From a bacterium (GTDB lineage Bacteria > Patescibacteriota > Patescibacteriia > Magasanikbacterales > GWA2-37-8): 64,000 bases of DNA. The notes under the pieces are model-generated. The model ran no database searches. It worked only from the letters and a program-made list of their open reading frames with translations, and had not been told where the DNA came from. The translations under genes were made by a program, and so were the position numbers. Below are positions 1 through 8,569 of the stretch, piece by piece. The stretch is from assembly GCA_043810165.1 (NCBI GenBank), contig JBDROJ010000019.1, positions 17,524 to 81,523 on the forward strand, in the 5' to 3' direction. Positions within the stretch are counted from its first letter, which is position 1, and every line of letters starts with the position of its first letter.

Positions 1-495
1 AGCGATTTTAATTTGTTCAGATAAAATGTCGTCTCTTTCTTGTACTTGGCCTTTTTTAACACTGGCAACAAATTCATTTTTCTCCACCATTTCGGCGATC
101 TCTTTTATACCACTGGTTCCACTGATAGGCACTGCTCGAGCCCGAGTAATCTTGAACCCGTTATATTCACCTGGGTTATGTGAGGCTGACACCTGTAAAC
201 CGCCATCATAACCATATTTGGCCACAGCAAAATAAAAAGTGGGAGTGGATGCCAAACCTATTTCAACCACATTAACACCTTGATCAATTACCCCGCGCAC
301 AACTTCTTTTTTCAAACTAGGCGAAGAATTGCGCATATCATGGCCAATCACTACGGTAATTTCTTCTTTTTTAACCTCTGCTTTAATCAATTCAGCATAA
401 GCTTGACCAACCCTATAGGCGATATCCTCATCTAACTCCTTCGGATAAATTCCACGGATATCATAGGCTTTAAAAATTTGTTTGGGAAAACTCAT
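1..495 (-). CDS. Phosphohexomutase (phosphoglucosamine/phosphomanno-mutase family), N-terminal part; the 3' end lies beyond the window start
   Basis: Reverse-strand translation from the ATG at 495 gives MSFPKQIFKAYDIRGIYPKEL...SASHNPGEYNGFKI. It has the alpha-D-phosphohexomutase N-terminal motif and the active-site Ser in a TASHNP-type loop. It is absent from the ORF track only because it is truncated. Confidence 0.75.
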   Translation of the reverse strand, partial: MSFPKQIFKAYDIRGIYPKELDEDIAYRVGQAYAELIKAEVKKEEITVVIGHDMRNSSPSLKKEVVRGVIDQGVNVVEIGLASTPTFYFAVAKYGYDGGLQVSASHNPGEYNGFKITRARAVPISGTSGIKEIAEMVEKNEFVASVKKGQVQERDDILSEQIKIA

Positions 496-515
496 ATTTT
501 TTATGTTATTCTAGC

Positions 516-544
516 TTGATTTAATAGTGTTTTCATTATATAAT
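516..544 (+). promoter_or_regulatory. Sigma70-like promoter upstream of clpC/B (TTGATT-17nt-TATAAT)
   Basis: TTGATT at 516-521 and TATAAT at 539-544 with 17-nt spacing, ~30 nt upstream of the 577 ATG. Confidence 0.45.
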
Positions 545-576
545 GATAAAAGAAAAAATACAAATTAAAATTACAT

Positions 577-3099
577 ATGAATATCATTGAACGCTTTTCA
601 ACCCATCTGCGCGAAGCCATGACTCGTAGCATCACCATGGCTACCGAGCTAAATCAACCTCTGGTTCAGCCTATCCATCTTTTATTTACTTTATGTACTT
701 TAAAAGGATCTGTGGCCAGTGAAATTGCCAGCCGATTGCAAATAAACGACGAGATTATTGAACAAATGATCATTAAACTTCCATCTGAAACAAAAAAAAT
801 GCCGGGCCGAAAAAAAAGACAAATAGCCCAAGCTGAATTAAGCTCTCTATCTCCAAGCGCTAAACAAGCTCTTGAAAAATCTATAATGTACGCTCATCAA
901 CGCCAACATAATTATGTTGGCACCGAACACCTACTTCTAGCATTGATTGATTTAAAAGATAAACTAATCGGCCAAGTATTAAGCATGAGTGGAATAAATC
1001 CTGATGAAATAAAAAACCAACTGGATACTGTTTTAAATAATGCCACTCAATTTCCACAAGTAGCTGAATTATCTGAAACCATGAATAGGATGCAGGAAAG
1101 CCTTGGTGACCCTGTCATGAATACACCCTCAATGACCATGGATAATTCAAAATCAAAATCTCAACAATCTGCTTTGGATTTTTTTGCAACCAATCTGACC
1201 GATCCGGAAATTCAAAAAAATATTGACCCGGTTATCGGACGCAAAGATGAGATTGAACGCCTGACGCAGATACTCTGCCGGCGCACAAAAAACAATCCTG
1301 TACTATTAGGCGATCCCGGAGTTGGTAAAACCGCCATTGTAGAAGGATTGGCTAAAAAAATAAATGAAGGGAAAGTGCCTGGCATATTATTAAATAAAAA
1401 AATATATGCCCTGGATATGGGCATGTTAATTGCCGGCACGACCTTTCGCGGTGAATTTGAATCCCGCCTGCAACATATTATTGAAGATATCGCCAAAAAT
1501 CCAAACATTATTTTGTTTATTGATGAAATCCATAACATTGTTGGTGCTGGCTCAAATCAAGGCACCATGGACGCATCAAATATATTAAAACCTGTATTGG
1601 CGCGCGGACACATCCGATGTATCGGCGCTACCACTCCAACTGAATTTAAAAAATATATAGAAAACGACTCTGCCCTGGAACGCCGATTTCAACCTATTTA
1701 TGTCAAACAATCCAGCGTGGAGGACACTATCAAAATCCTCAAAGGGATAAAAATCAATTATGAAAAATACCACAATGTAAAAATTACTGATAAAGCCGTA
1801 AAAGCGGCCGCTTATTTGGCTGATAGATATATTACTGATAAATTATTGCCTGACAAAGCCATTGATCTGCTTGATGAAACAGCGGCCAGTAAAAAAATGG
1901 CCGGCAAAATTACTCCTCAACAGAGCAATCTCTTAAAATTAGAGCAAGAATTGGAAAAAACCACAGTAGCCAAAGAAAAAGCTACCTTTGATGATAATTT
2001 TCAACAAGCTGTTAAATTAAAAGCCCAAGAACACAAGTTGGCAAAACAAATCCAACAGCTACAAAACCAAAATGCCAAAAAACAATTAACCAAAAAACCA
2101 ATTGGTTCAATTACTAATAAGGATGTGCTTAAACAATTAAGCAAGGTAATTAACACTCCGGTAGATGAATTAATTTTAGATAAAAAAGAAAAATTAAAAA
2201 ACCTGGAAACAGAATTAAAAAAATCAATTATAGGCCAAGATCGAACTATCACCCAGGTAAGTCAGACAATCCGCCAAGCTCAACTGCAAATTTCCAATCC
2301 TGAACGGCCCATGGCTTCTTTTATGTTTGTTGGTGAAAGCGGAATGGGCAAAACCGAGCTAGCCAAAACTCTAAGCCAAGTACTGTATCCCAGCCAAGAT
2401 GCGCTCATTGCATTAAACATGAGTGAATTTAATGAAAGTCATAGCGTATCTAAATTGTTGGGCTCACCTGCCGGATATATTGGCTACAAAGAAAGTAATC
2501 AATTCACTGACAAGATAAAAATGAATCCTTATTGTGTGATTCTACTTGATGAAATAGACAAAGCCCATGCTGATGTAACCAAGCTATTATTACAAATTCT
2601 AGAAAATGGAGAAATTACTGACTCAACGGGCAGGAAAATTTCTTTAAAACATGCTATAATAATACTAACCACTACTGCCGGTGCCCAACAGGCAAAAAAA
2701 GGTGGTATTGGTTTTGGTGATACAAAAAATCACCAAGCTGAAATTGAAAAAAAGGTGATTGAACATCTAAAAGAATACTTCAGTATAGAGATGATAAACC
2801 GAGTAGATAAAATATGTTTGCTTAATACTTTGCAAACCCAGGAATTGGCTAAAATCGCCCAGTTAGAAATCAAGATGTTTAATGATCAGCTAAAAAAATA
2901 CAAAACTAAAATTCACGCCGAAGATCAAACCATTGAATGGTTGATCAAACAGATATCTCAATCAGATCTGGATGCCAGAACCGTGCGTGGCCATGTCAGA
3001 CAAGAAGTGGAAAGATTAATGTCAGATTTATTGTTAAATGAAAAAGTAAAACCCAAATATCACCTAGAAGCAATTGGCAACCAACTGCTAATAAAATGA
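577..3099 (+). CDS. clpC: Clp/Hsp100 AAA+ chaperone ATPase (ClpC/ClpB-like), two AAA modules
   Basis: Clp_N-like N-terminus. First Walker A is GDPGVGKTA and the second is VGESGMGKTELAKTL. A short coiled-coil middle region and a length of 840 aa fit ClpC better than ClpB. Confidence 0.85.
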   Translation: MNIIERFSTHLREAMTRSITMATELNQPLVQPIHLLFTLCTLKGSVASEIASRLQINDEIIEQMIIKLPSETKKMPGRKKRQIAQAELSSLSPSAKQALEKSIMYAHQRQHNYVGTEHLLLALIDLKDKLIGQVLSMSGINPDEIKNQLDTVLNNATQFPQVAELSETMNRMQESLGDPVMNTPSMTMDNSKSKSQQSALDFFATNLTDPEIQKNIDPVIGRKDEIERLTQILCRRTKNNPVLLGDPGVGKTAIVEGLAKKINEGKVPGILLNKKIYALDMGMLIAGTTFRGEFESRLQHIIEDIAKNPNIILFIDEIHNIVGAGSNQGTMDASNILKPVLARGHIRCIGATTPTEFKKYIENDSALERRFQPIYVKQSSVEDTIKILKGIKINYEKYHNVKITDKAVKAAAYLADRYITDKLLPDKAIDLLDETAASKKMAGKITPQQSNLLKLEQELEKTTVAKEKATFDDNFQQAVKLKAQEHKLAKQIQQLQNQNAKKQLTKKPIGSITNKDVLKQLSKVINTPVDELILDKKEKLKNLETELKKSIIGQDRTITQVSQTIRQAQLQISNPERPMASFMFVGESGMGKTELAKTLSQVLYPSQDALIALNMSEFNESHSVSKLLGSPAGYIGYKESNQFTDKIKMNPYCVILLDEIDKAHADVTKLLLQILENGEITDSTGRKISLKHAIIILTTTAGAQQAKKGGIGFGDTKNHQAEIEKKVIEHLKEYFSIEMINRVDKICLLNTLQTQELAKIAQLEIKMFNDQLKKYKTKIHAEDQTIEWLIKQISQSDLDARTVRGHVRQEVERLMSDLLLNEKVKPKYHLEAIGNQLLIK

Positions 3100-3108
3100 T
3101 AATTTCCT

Positions 3109-4668
3109 ATGCCTGACCAGAATACCACAGACAATAACGAAAACCTGGACGACCAACTTTTATATACACCACCTGATTCTGAAGACCAACAAGATCAAGA
3201 CACAGAAGATCAAAATCAAACCAGCTCCAAGCCTGGTAAAGTTAGTAAACTTCCAGACAAATCAGTAGATCTGGGTGATATAAGTTCCGGACAAAAAAAA
3301 CAAATTGATAGTGAAATTAAAATACCACTGGATGATTTAGAAATACAAGGGAAATTGCCGGCCAGGGCACCTGAAGAATTAGGTGAAGATGAACCACCAG
3401 ATGAGCCAGGAAAACAAAATCAAACAAAACCAGAACCCGAGCAAAACGAACAGGATCAAAATTTGCCCGCTAAAAAACCGGATCATAAAAAATCGGAAAA
3501 GCAAAAATCTGCAGATAAACCTTCAAAATCAGATCAATCCAAAGATCAACAACAAGAAGAAAAACCCGAGCAAGAGCCTGAAGAATCAGAACAAGACGAG
3601 TCAGAAGAGGAAGAAGGAGAAGAACAACCCGATGATGGAGAAGCCGAGCCAAGCGCAGAGCAAGGCCAAGGACAACCAGGAGAACAAAGCGAGCAAGGCC
3701 AAGAAGATGAGCAGGAACCCGAACAAGAAGAAGACGAAGAATCAGATCAAGACGAGCCAGAACAAGATCAGCCAACTGAAGAACCTCCAACCCAACCGGA
3801 TGAGCAACTGCCAAAACCACCAGAACCACATAAGCCAAAACCAAAATCCGAGCCAGAATCTGATTCAAAAAAAGAAGATTTAGAAGATAAAAAGAAAGAA
3901 TTGGAAGAAGATCTAGAAAAAGGAGACCAAGAAAAAAAAGAAGATCGTCAACAACCCGAAACCAAACCAGAAGAAAAATCCAAACCTGTTGAAAAAAAAG
4001 AACCACCCAAGGCCAAACCAAAAAAAAAGAAAAAGCCCAGTACCACCCCACAGCAACTAGATCCAAAACAGCAACAAGATGCACAAACTCAAATGCAACA
4101 ACAGCAACAAGCTGAACGAATGAAACAACAAAAAGAACAAGATGAGGATCAACAACAAAAATCTCAACAACCCGAGCAAGGAGAATATGAGGGACAAGAA
4201 TCCGAACAAGAAGAACAAGAGCAAGGAGAGCAAGAACAAGAAGGAGAGGCAGAAGCACAGGCTGAACAAGCCGAACAAGCTCAAAAATCACTTAAGGAAA
4301 TCAATCAACAAATATTAACAAAAGAAAAACAAATCAAACAGTTAAAAAAATCGATCGCACCAGCGCAAAGAAAAATATGGTTAAAAACATGGGCGCTGAG
4401 AGGTATGAAATTTTGGTATTTCCTAGTTATAATGGCTGAAATTATCCTTGCTATTTCAATTATAGGCTGGGCAGTAATAGAATACGTAGAAAAATACAGG
4501 CAAAAATTAAGTAAACAAATTAAAAAAATTAAAAAAGAATTAAAAGCAGAACAGAAAGCTATTCAAAACACAGTAGACAAGATAAAAGGCTTGCAAAGAG
4601 AACTAAATTTATTATACAGAGAAAAACTTGAAGCTCAAGGCATGTTGATTCCTAATGCACGCATTTAA
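3109..4668 (+). CDS. Highly acidic low-complexity (E/D/Q/K/P-rich) protein with a C-terminal transmembrane helix and coiled coil
   Basis: 519-aa ORF starting 10 nt after the clpC stop. It is extremely compositionally biased (EQ/ED repeats, a KKKKKKP stretch). The C-terminus WYFLVIMAEIILAISIIGWAV is hydrophobic and is followed by a coiled-coil segment. Confidence 0.6.
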   Translation: MPDQNTTDNNENLDDQLLYTPPDSEDQQDQDTEDQNQTSSKPGKVSKLPDKSVDLGDISSGQKKQIDSEIKIPLDDLEIQGKLPARAPEELGEDEPPDEPGKQNQTKPEPEQNEQDQNLPAKKPDHKKSEKQKSADKPSKSDQSKDQQQEEKPEQEPEESEQDESEEEEGEEQPDDGEAEPSAEQGQGQPGEQSEQGQEDEQEPEQEEDEESDQDEPEQDQPTEEPPTQPDEQLPKPPEPHKPKPKSEPESDSKKEDLEDKKKELEEDLEKGDQEKKEDRQQPETKPEEKSKPVEKKEPPKAKPKKKKKPSTTPQQLDPKQQQDAQTQMQQQQQAERMKQQKEQDEDQQQKSQQPEQGEYEGQESEQEEQEQGEQEQEGEAEAQAEQAEQAQKSLKEINQQILTKEKQIKQLKKSIAPAQRKIWLKTWALRGMKFWYFLVIMAEIILAISIIGWAVIEYVEKYRQKLSKQIKKIKKELKAEQKAIQNTVDKIKGLQRELNLLYREKLEAQGMLIPNARI

Positions 4669-4690
4669 CAAAAAAAATAATAACTAATAT

Positions 4691-5926
4691 TTGCGTATGC
4701 TAAATACCAAAAGAACTATTTTAATTATTCTGCTTTTATTGGCAACTATTTTAATAGGCCTAGCCATATACTTTTTTCTTTTCAAACAACAATCCCCTTT
4801 TGACTTTTTTACTAATGATCAGACAACCACAACAACAGTTGAAACTTTGCCCGGATCAGGACAACGAGTGGTAACATCAACAGACGGGACAATAATCGGA
4901 GCAGAAACTCTGCCAACTGCGCAAATAACGCAACAACCTGTCCAACCCAGCTATTTTCAACCCAAAGCCGTGGAAAAAATAACTTCAGATTATGCGATCT
5001 TTCCTTCTCTAAATCAAGACGGCGGATATCGCTACCACAATGCATCAGATGGTAAATTCTATAGCATCACAGATAGTGGAGAAAGTAAATTACTAGCAGA
5101 CAAAGTTTTTTATAATGTAAGTAAAGTAACTTGGGCAGAAACCAAAGACAAGGCCGTAATTGAATATCCAGATGATTCAAAAATTATCTATGATTTTGAA
5201 AACAACAAGCAAGTAAGCCTGCCAAAGCATTGGGAAGATTTTTCCTTTTCACCCGAAGGCAGTGAAATCGTGGCCAAAAGTTTGGGTATTTCCACGGAAA
5301 ACCGATGGCTGATTACCATGAATGATGACGGAACCGGTTTAAAAACCATTGAACCCATGGGAAACAACGCTGATTATGTAACCGTGGATTGGTCGCCTAG
5401 CAGGCAAGTCATAGCATTTTCCAACACAGGCGAAGCCATTGGCGCTGATCGCACTGAAATACTACTGGTTGGTTTAAATAAAGAAAATTTCAAGGCTCTC
5501 ACCATTGAAGGCAATGGTTTTGAATCAGAATGGTCCCCTACCGGCAAAAAATTATTATACAGTGCTTACAGCGCCCGCAGTGAATACAAGCCCGAGTTAT
5601 GGATATCAGATGCTTATGGCGACAGTGTTAACGAAAATCGCCAAATGCTTAATATCAACACATGGCCTGACAAATGCTCTTTTGGCGATGATAACACTAT
5701 TTATTGTGCTGTACCCAGAAGCTTACCCGAAGGTGCAGGCATGTCCAAAGCCATCGCCAATAGCATATATGACGATCTATATAAAATAGATCTAAGCACC
5801 GGCTTAAAAACTCCAATTTCATTGGATGATAATTATACTATTCAGAATATCTCTTTTGATAAAAAAAATAACAAACTGCTTTTCACTGATATTTATGATT
5901 CAGGAGTGTTTGAAGTAAGCTTATAA
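4691..5926 (+). CDS. TolB-like / PD40 beta-propeller repeat protein with an N-terminal membrane anchor
   Basis: N-terminal hydrophobic segment ILIILLLLATILIGLAIYFFLF. Repeated DWSP / EWSPTGKKLLYSA motifs are typical of TolB/PD40 propeller blades. Confidence 0.6.
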   Translation: MRMLNTKRTILIILLLLATILIGLAIYFFLFKQQSPFDFFTNDQTTTTTVETLPGSGQRVVTSTDGTIIGAETLPTAQITQQPVQPSYFQPKAVEKITSDYAIFPSLNQDGGYRYHNASDGKFYSITDSGESKLLADKVFYNVSKVTWAETKDKAVIEYPDDSKIIYDFENNKQVSLPKHWEDFSFSPEGSEIVAKSLGISTENRWLITMNDDGTGLKTIEPMGNNADYVTVDWSPSRQVIAFSNTGEAIGADRTEILLVGLNKENFKALTIEGNGFESEWSPTGKKLLYSAYSARSEYKPELWISDAYGDSVNENRQMLNINTWPDKCSFGDDNTIYCAVPRSLPEGAGMSKAIANSIYDDLYKIDLSTGLKTPISLDDNYTIQNISFDKKNNKLLFTDIYDSGVFEVSL

Positions 5927-5941
5927 TTAATTTATGTCTTT

Positions 5942-6598
5942 ATGACTCACAAAAAATTGCATTTGGGCATTCTGGTTCTAATACTGCTAGTAGTATTTTT
6001 ATTAGGCAAAGAAATTAAAAAAACGGCTGGCATCACTACTAAAAAAGAAATTATCCCAATTATATCAAGCGGAACCGTGGACATACCAATATACAAGACC
6101 GATCCGATTTATGGCAACCCGGGCGCACAATTAACCATAATTGAATTTATTGATTTTAATTGTAAAGACTGTGTTAAAATTCACAATCAATTAACAGATT
6201 TTGTGGACAAAAATCAACAAAAAGCCAGAATAGTATGGAAAGGTGTGCCAGAACCAACTATTTTTTCCATTCCAAACTTTTTAGCGCACCAAGCTATTTT
6301 ATGTGCACAAAAACAAAACAAAGCTTGGCAATTTATAAAAATATTAATGCAGGATAAAAAAAATACCACGCCTGAAGGCCTAAAAAATACTGCTCAAGGA
6401 TTAAATCTTAATACAGTTGACTGGTGGAAATGCACTGAATCCATTGAATCAAGATACATAATAAATACTTCAACTAATATAGCAACTGAACTTGGTATTA
6501 GTTATTCATTACCCACGATTTTTGTAAATAATCACTGGGTTAATGTAAACGAAGACATCAAATTGGAAGAGATTTTAAAACAGTTTGTTGAGAAATAA
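5942..6598 (+). CDS. DsbA-like thiol:disulfide oxidoreductase (thioredoxin fold, CxxC)
   Basis: N-terminal signal/anchor and an FNCKDCVKIH CxxC motif in a thioredoxin-like context. Size is ~218 aa. Confidence 0.55.
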   Translation: MTHKKLHLGILVLILLVVFLLGKEIKKTAGITTKKEIIPIISSGTVDIPIYKTDPIYGNPGAQLTIIEFIDFNCKDCVKIHNQLTDFVDKNQQKARIVWKGVPEPTIFSIPNFLAHQAILCAQKQNKAWQFIKILMQDKKNTTPEGLKNTAQGLNLNTVDWWKCTESIESRYIINTSTNIATELGISYSLPTIFVNNHWVNVNEDIKLEEILKQFVEK

Positions 6599-6604
6599 AA
6601 ACCT

Positions 6605-8530
6605 ATGATATCAGTCAAAACTAAAATACTAATCTACCTAATATTTCTGGTATCTTTTTTTTCCTTTACACATCAATCGGTAGCAGCACAAGATTATTGT
6701 ATCGGCTGGTTGGCCAATAAAAATACCATCACATGCCTAGGAGTGTCTCATTACAAAGACTGCCAACCGGTCAGTAACTCCCTAACTAAATATAAAGCGA
6801 TTATTCCCTGGGGTTCAGAGTCACAGCCTACCCCTACTTTACCAAAAGACTTTCACCTACTAACCTCAAATATATATTCTGATGCAACAAAGTGTAATAC
6901 TGCTATTGCCAGTATTAATACAAAAGGATTTTGCGTTCACCACAAAAAAAATAGATGTATATCCAAACACATCGATAGTCCGGCTGACTGTTCCAAGTCA
7001 AATCCTACCAATTACAAAACATATAAAGAGTGCTACGATATACTAACAGGTAAAACAAAAACCACTTGCACCAAACACGCAGACTGTGTAGGTGGCCGCT
7101 TTTGTCTGTTATCTAAGTGTTACGCCATAACCGATTTACATATTCATACAGATAAAAAATGTAAGACGGATAAAGATTGTACTTTTGACAGTAAGCCGGG
7201 AGTCTGTAAATCAATGTATAGTCTTGGCTCTACCGCGTTTTCTGCTGGCAAGTCACCTAATGTGCCTGATGTATACCAAAGCTATTGTTTCCTTCTTGAC
7301 CCTGTTGTCACACCAATAAAAAAAACAATCACCTGGAAATCAAAAATACCTGACATTAGTATTAGAATACCAGGCCTAACCTTTGCTAGCATTCAAGACT
7401 CTATTACATTAGATGATGACGGACGCAAAATTATTAACATTCCTTGGGTCGGTCAATACATAACAGCAGTATATAAATTTGCCTTGGCCTTGGCCAGCGT
7501 AGTGGCTGTAGTTATGTTAATAATTCAAGGCGTAACAATCATGATGTCTGGTGGGGGTGAAGCCAAACAAGGTGCATATAAAAAAATACTACAAATATTT
7601 GTTGGCTTAGGCATAATGTGGGGATCTTATGCTATCTTGTATAATATCAATCCAGACTTGGTTAAATTCAAAGCTTTAGCTGTGACGATGGTTGAAAAAG
7701 AAGAAGCTAAATTTGAATCAGATTCAGTTAATCTTGGTACTGGGTCGGCAGCTGGCTCATCAGCCGCTGGCGCTTCAGGACCAAGTTACTCATCATCTAA
7801 AAATAAATACATAATACCATCTTACAAACAATGGAAGGGTGCTTGGGCCAAAGAAACTTTACCAATGAGCAGTAGCAAAATGAGCAGTAAAGGCTGTGTT
7901 TTTGTCTCTTATGCAATTGCCCTTCAAGCATTATACAATGATGGAACAAACCCATCTTCTTTAAAAAAATTATATACAGATGCTAAACAAGGCGATAATG
8001 TCAATATTGATCTTTACTACCAAAAAGATTTTATGAAAAATAGGTATCCGGGTTTAAAGGTTACTAGGATGAAGCGACCAGCAAAAATCAGCGACTTTAC
8101 CAGTGCCTTGGATCAAGGCAAACTCATAGCAGTCCGTGTTTATACAAGCGCCTTTACAGGCGGAGGACATCAATTTGTTATATATGATTATTATGAAAAA
8201 GGTGGTAAATATTATGTAAAAGTTTCAGACCCAGGCACGGGTGATAGTGCATATACTCGTTGCACCAAGGATATGAGTGGAAAATACGCTAAAGATGACG
8301 CAAAAATAAAAGACAAATTAAAAAAAGATAGAGATTTGAGTGAACAAGGTAAAACTAGTGGGTTCCTATGTGGTGATCCATATAAATTATCTCTTCAATC
8401 ACGTTGCCAGAATACTAATTGTGCTGGCCCAAAAGGAGTGGCTTTTGGACCAAATAATTATCCTTTGGAATACATAATGCGTGTAGGTGTAATGATGAAA
8501 GACTCTTTTGTATTTGAAAGAACTAACTGA
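6605..8530 (+). CDS. Secreted cysteine-rich protein, paralog A. It has an N-terminal signal peptide, Cys-rich repeats, a conserved double-TM hairpin, and a C-terminal papain-like (CHAP/C39-like) Cys...His domain
   Basis: Signal peptide ILIYLIFLVSFFSFTHQSVAA. Cys motifs such as TCTKHADCVGGRFCLLSKCY. The central ~130-aa block TITWKSKIPDISIRIPGLTFASIQ...VYKFALALASVVAVVMLIIQGVTIMMSGGGEAKQGAYKKILQIFVGLGIMWGSYAILYNINPDLVKFKALAVTMVEKEE is nearly identical to the one in the next gene. The C-terminus has GCVFVSYAIAL (candidate nucleophile Cys) and GGGHQFVIYDYY (candidate His). Confidence 0.55.
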   Translation: MISVKTKILIYLIFLVSFFSFTHQSVAAQDYCIGWLANKNTITCLGVSHYKDCQPVSNSLTKYKAIIPWGSESQPTPTLPKDFHLLTSNIYSDATKCNTAIASINTKGFCVHHKKNRCISKHIDSPADCSKSNPTNYKTYKECYDILTGKTKTTCTKHADCVGGRFCLLSKCYAITDLHIHTDKKCKTDKDCTFDSKPGVCKSMYSLGSTAFSAGKSPNVPDVYQSYCFLLDPVVTPIKKTITWKSKIPDISIRIPGLTFASIQDSITLDDDGRKIINIPWVGQYITAVYKFALALASVVAVVMLIIQGVTIMMSGGGEAKQGAYKKILQIFVGLGIMWGSYAILYNINPDLVKFKALAVTMVEKEEAKFESDSVNLGTGSAAGSSAAGASGPSYSSSKNKYIIPSYKQWKGAWAKETLPMSSSKMSSKGCVFVSYAIALQALYNDGTNPSSLKKLYTDAKQGDNVNIDLYYQKDFMKNRYPGLKVTRMKRPAKISDFTSALDQGKLIAVRVYTSAFTGGGHQFVIYDYYEKGGKYYVKVSDPGTGDSAYTRCTKDMSGKYAKDDAKIKDKLKKDRDLSEQGKTSGFLCGDPYKLSLQSRCQNTNCAGPKGVAFGPNNYPLEYIMRVGVMMKDSFVFERTN

Positions 8531-8569
8531 CAAAAAAACTATACTGCAATCAATGCTTAAACAATTTAT

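Noticed and set aside
3383-4291. ORFs 3383..3883(+), 3470..4291(-) and 4057..4284(-) inside the acidic-protein gene
   Set aside because: They are alternative-frame readings of the same low-complexity EQ/K-rich repeats (poly-K/N/Q or poly-L/V products), with no start context. Artefacts of compositional bias.
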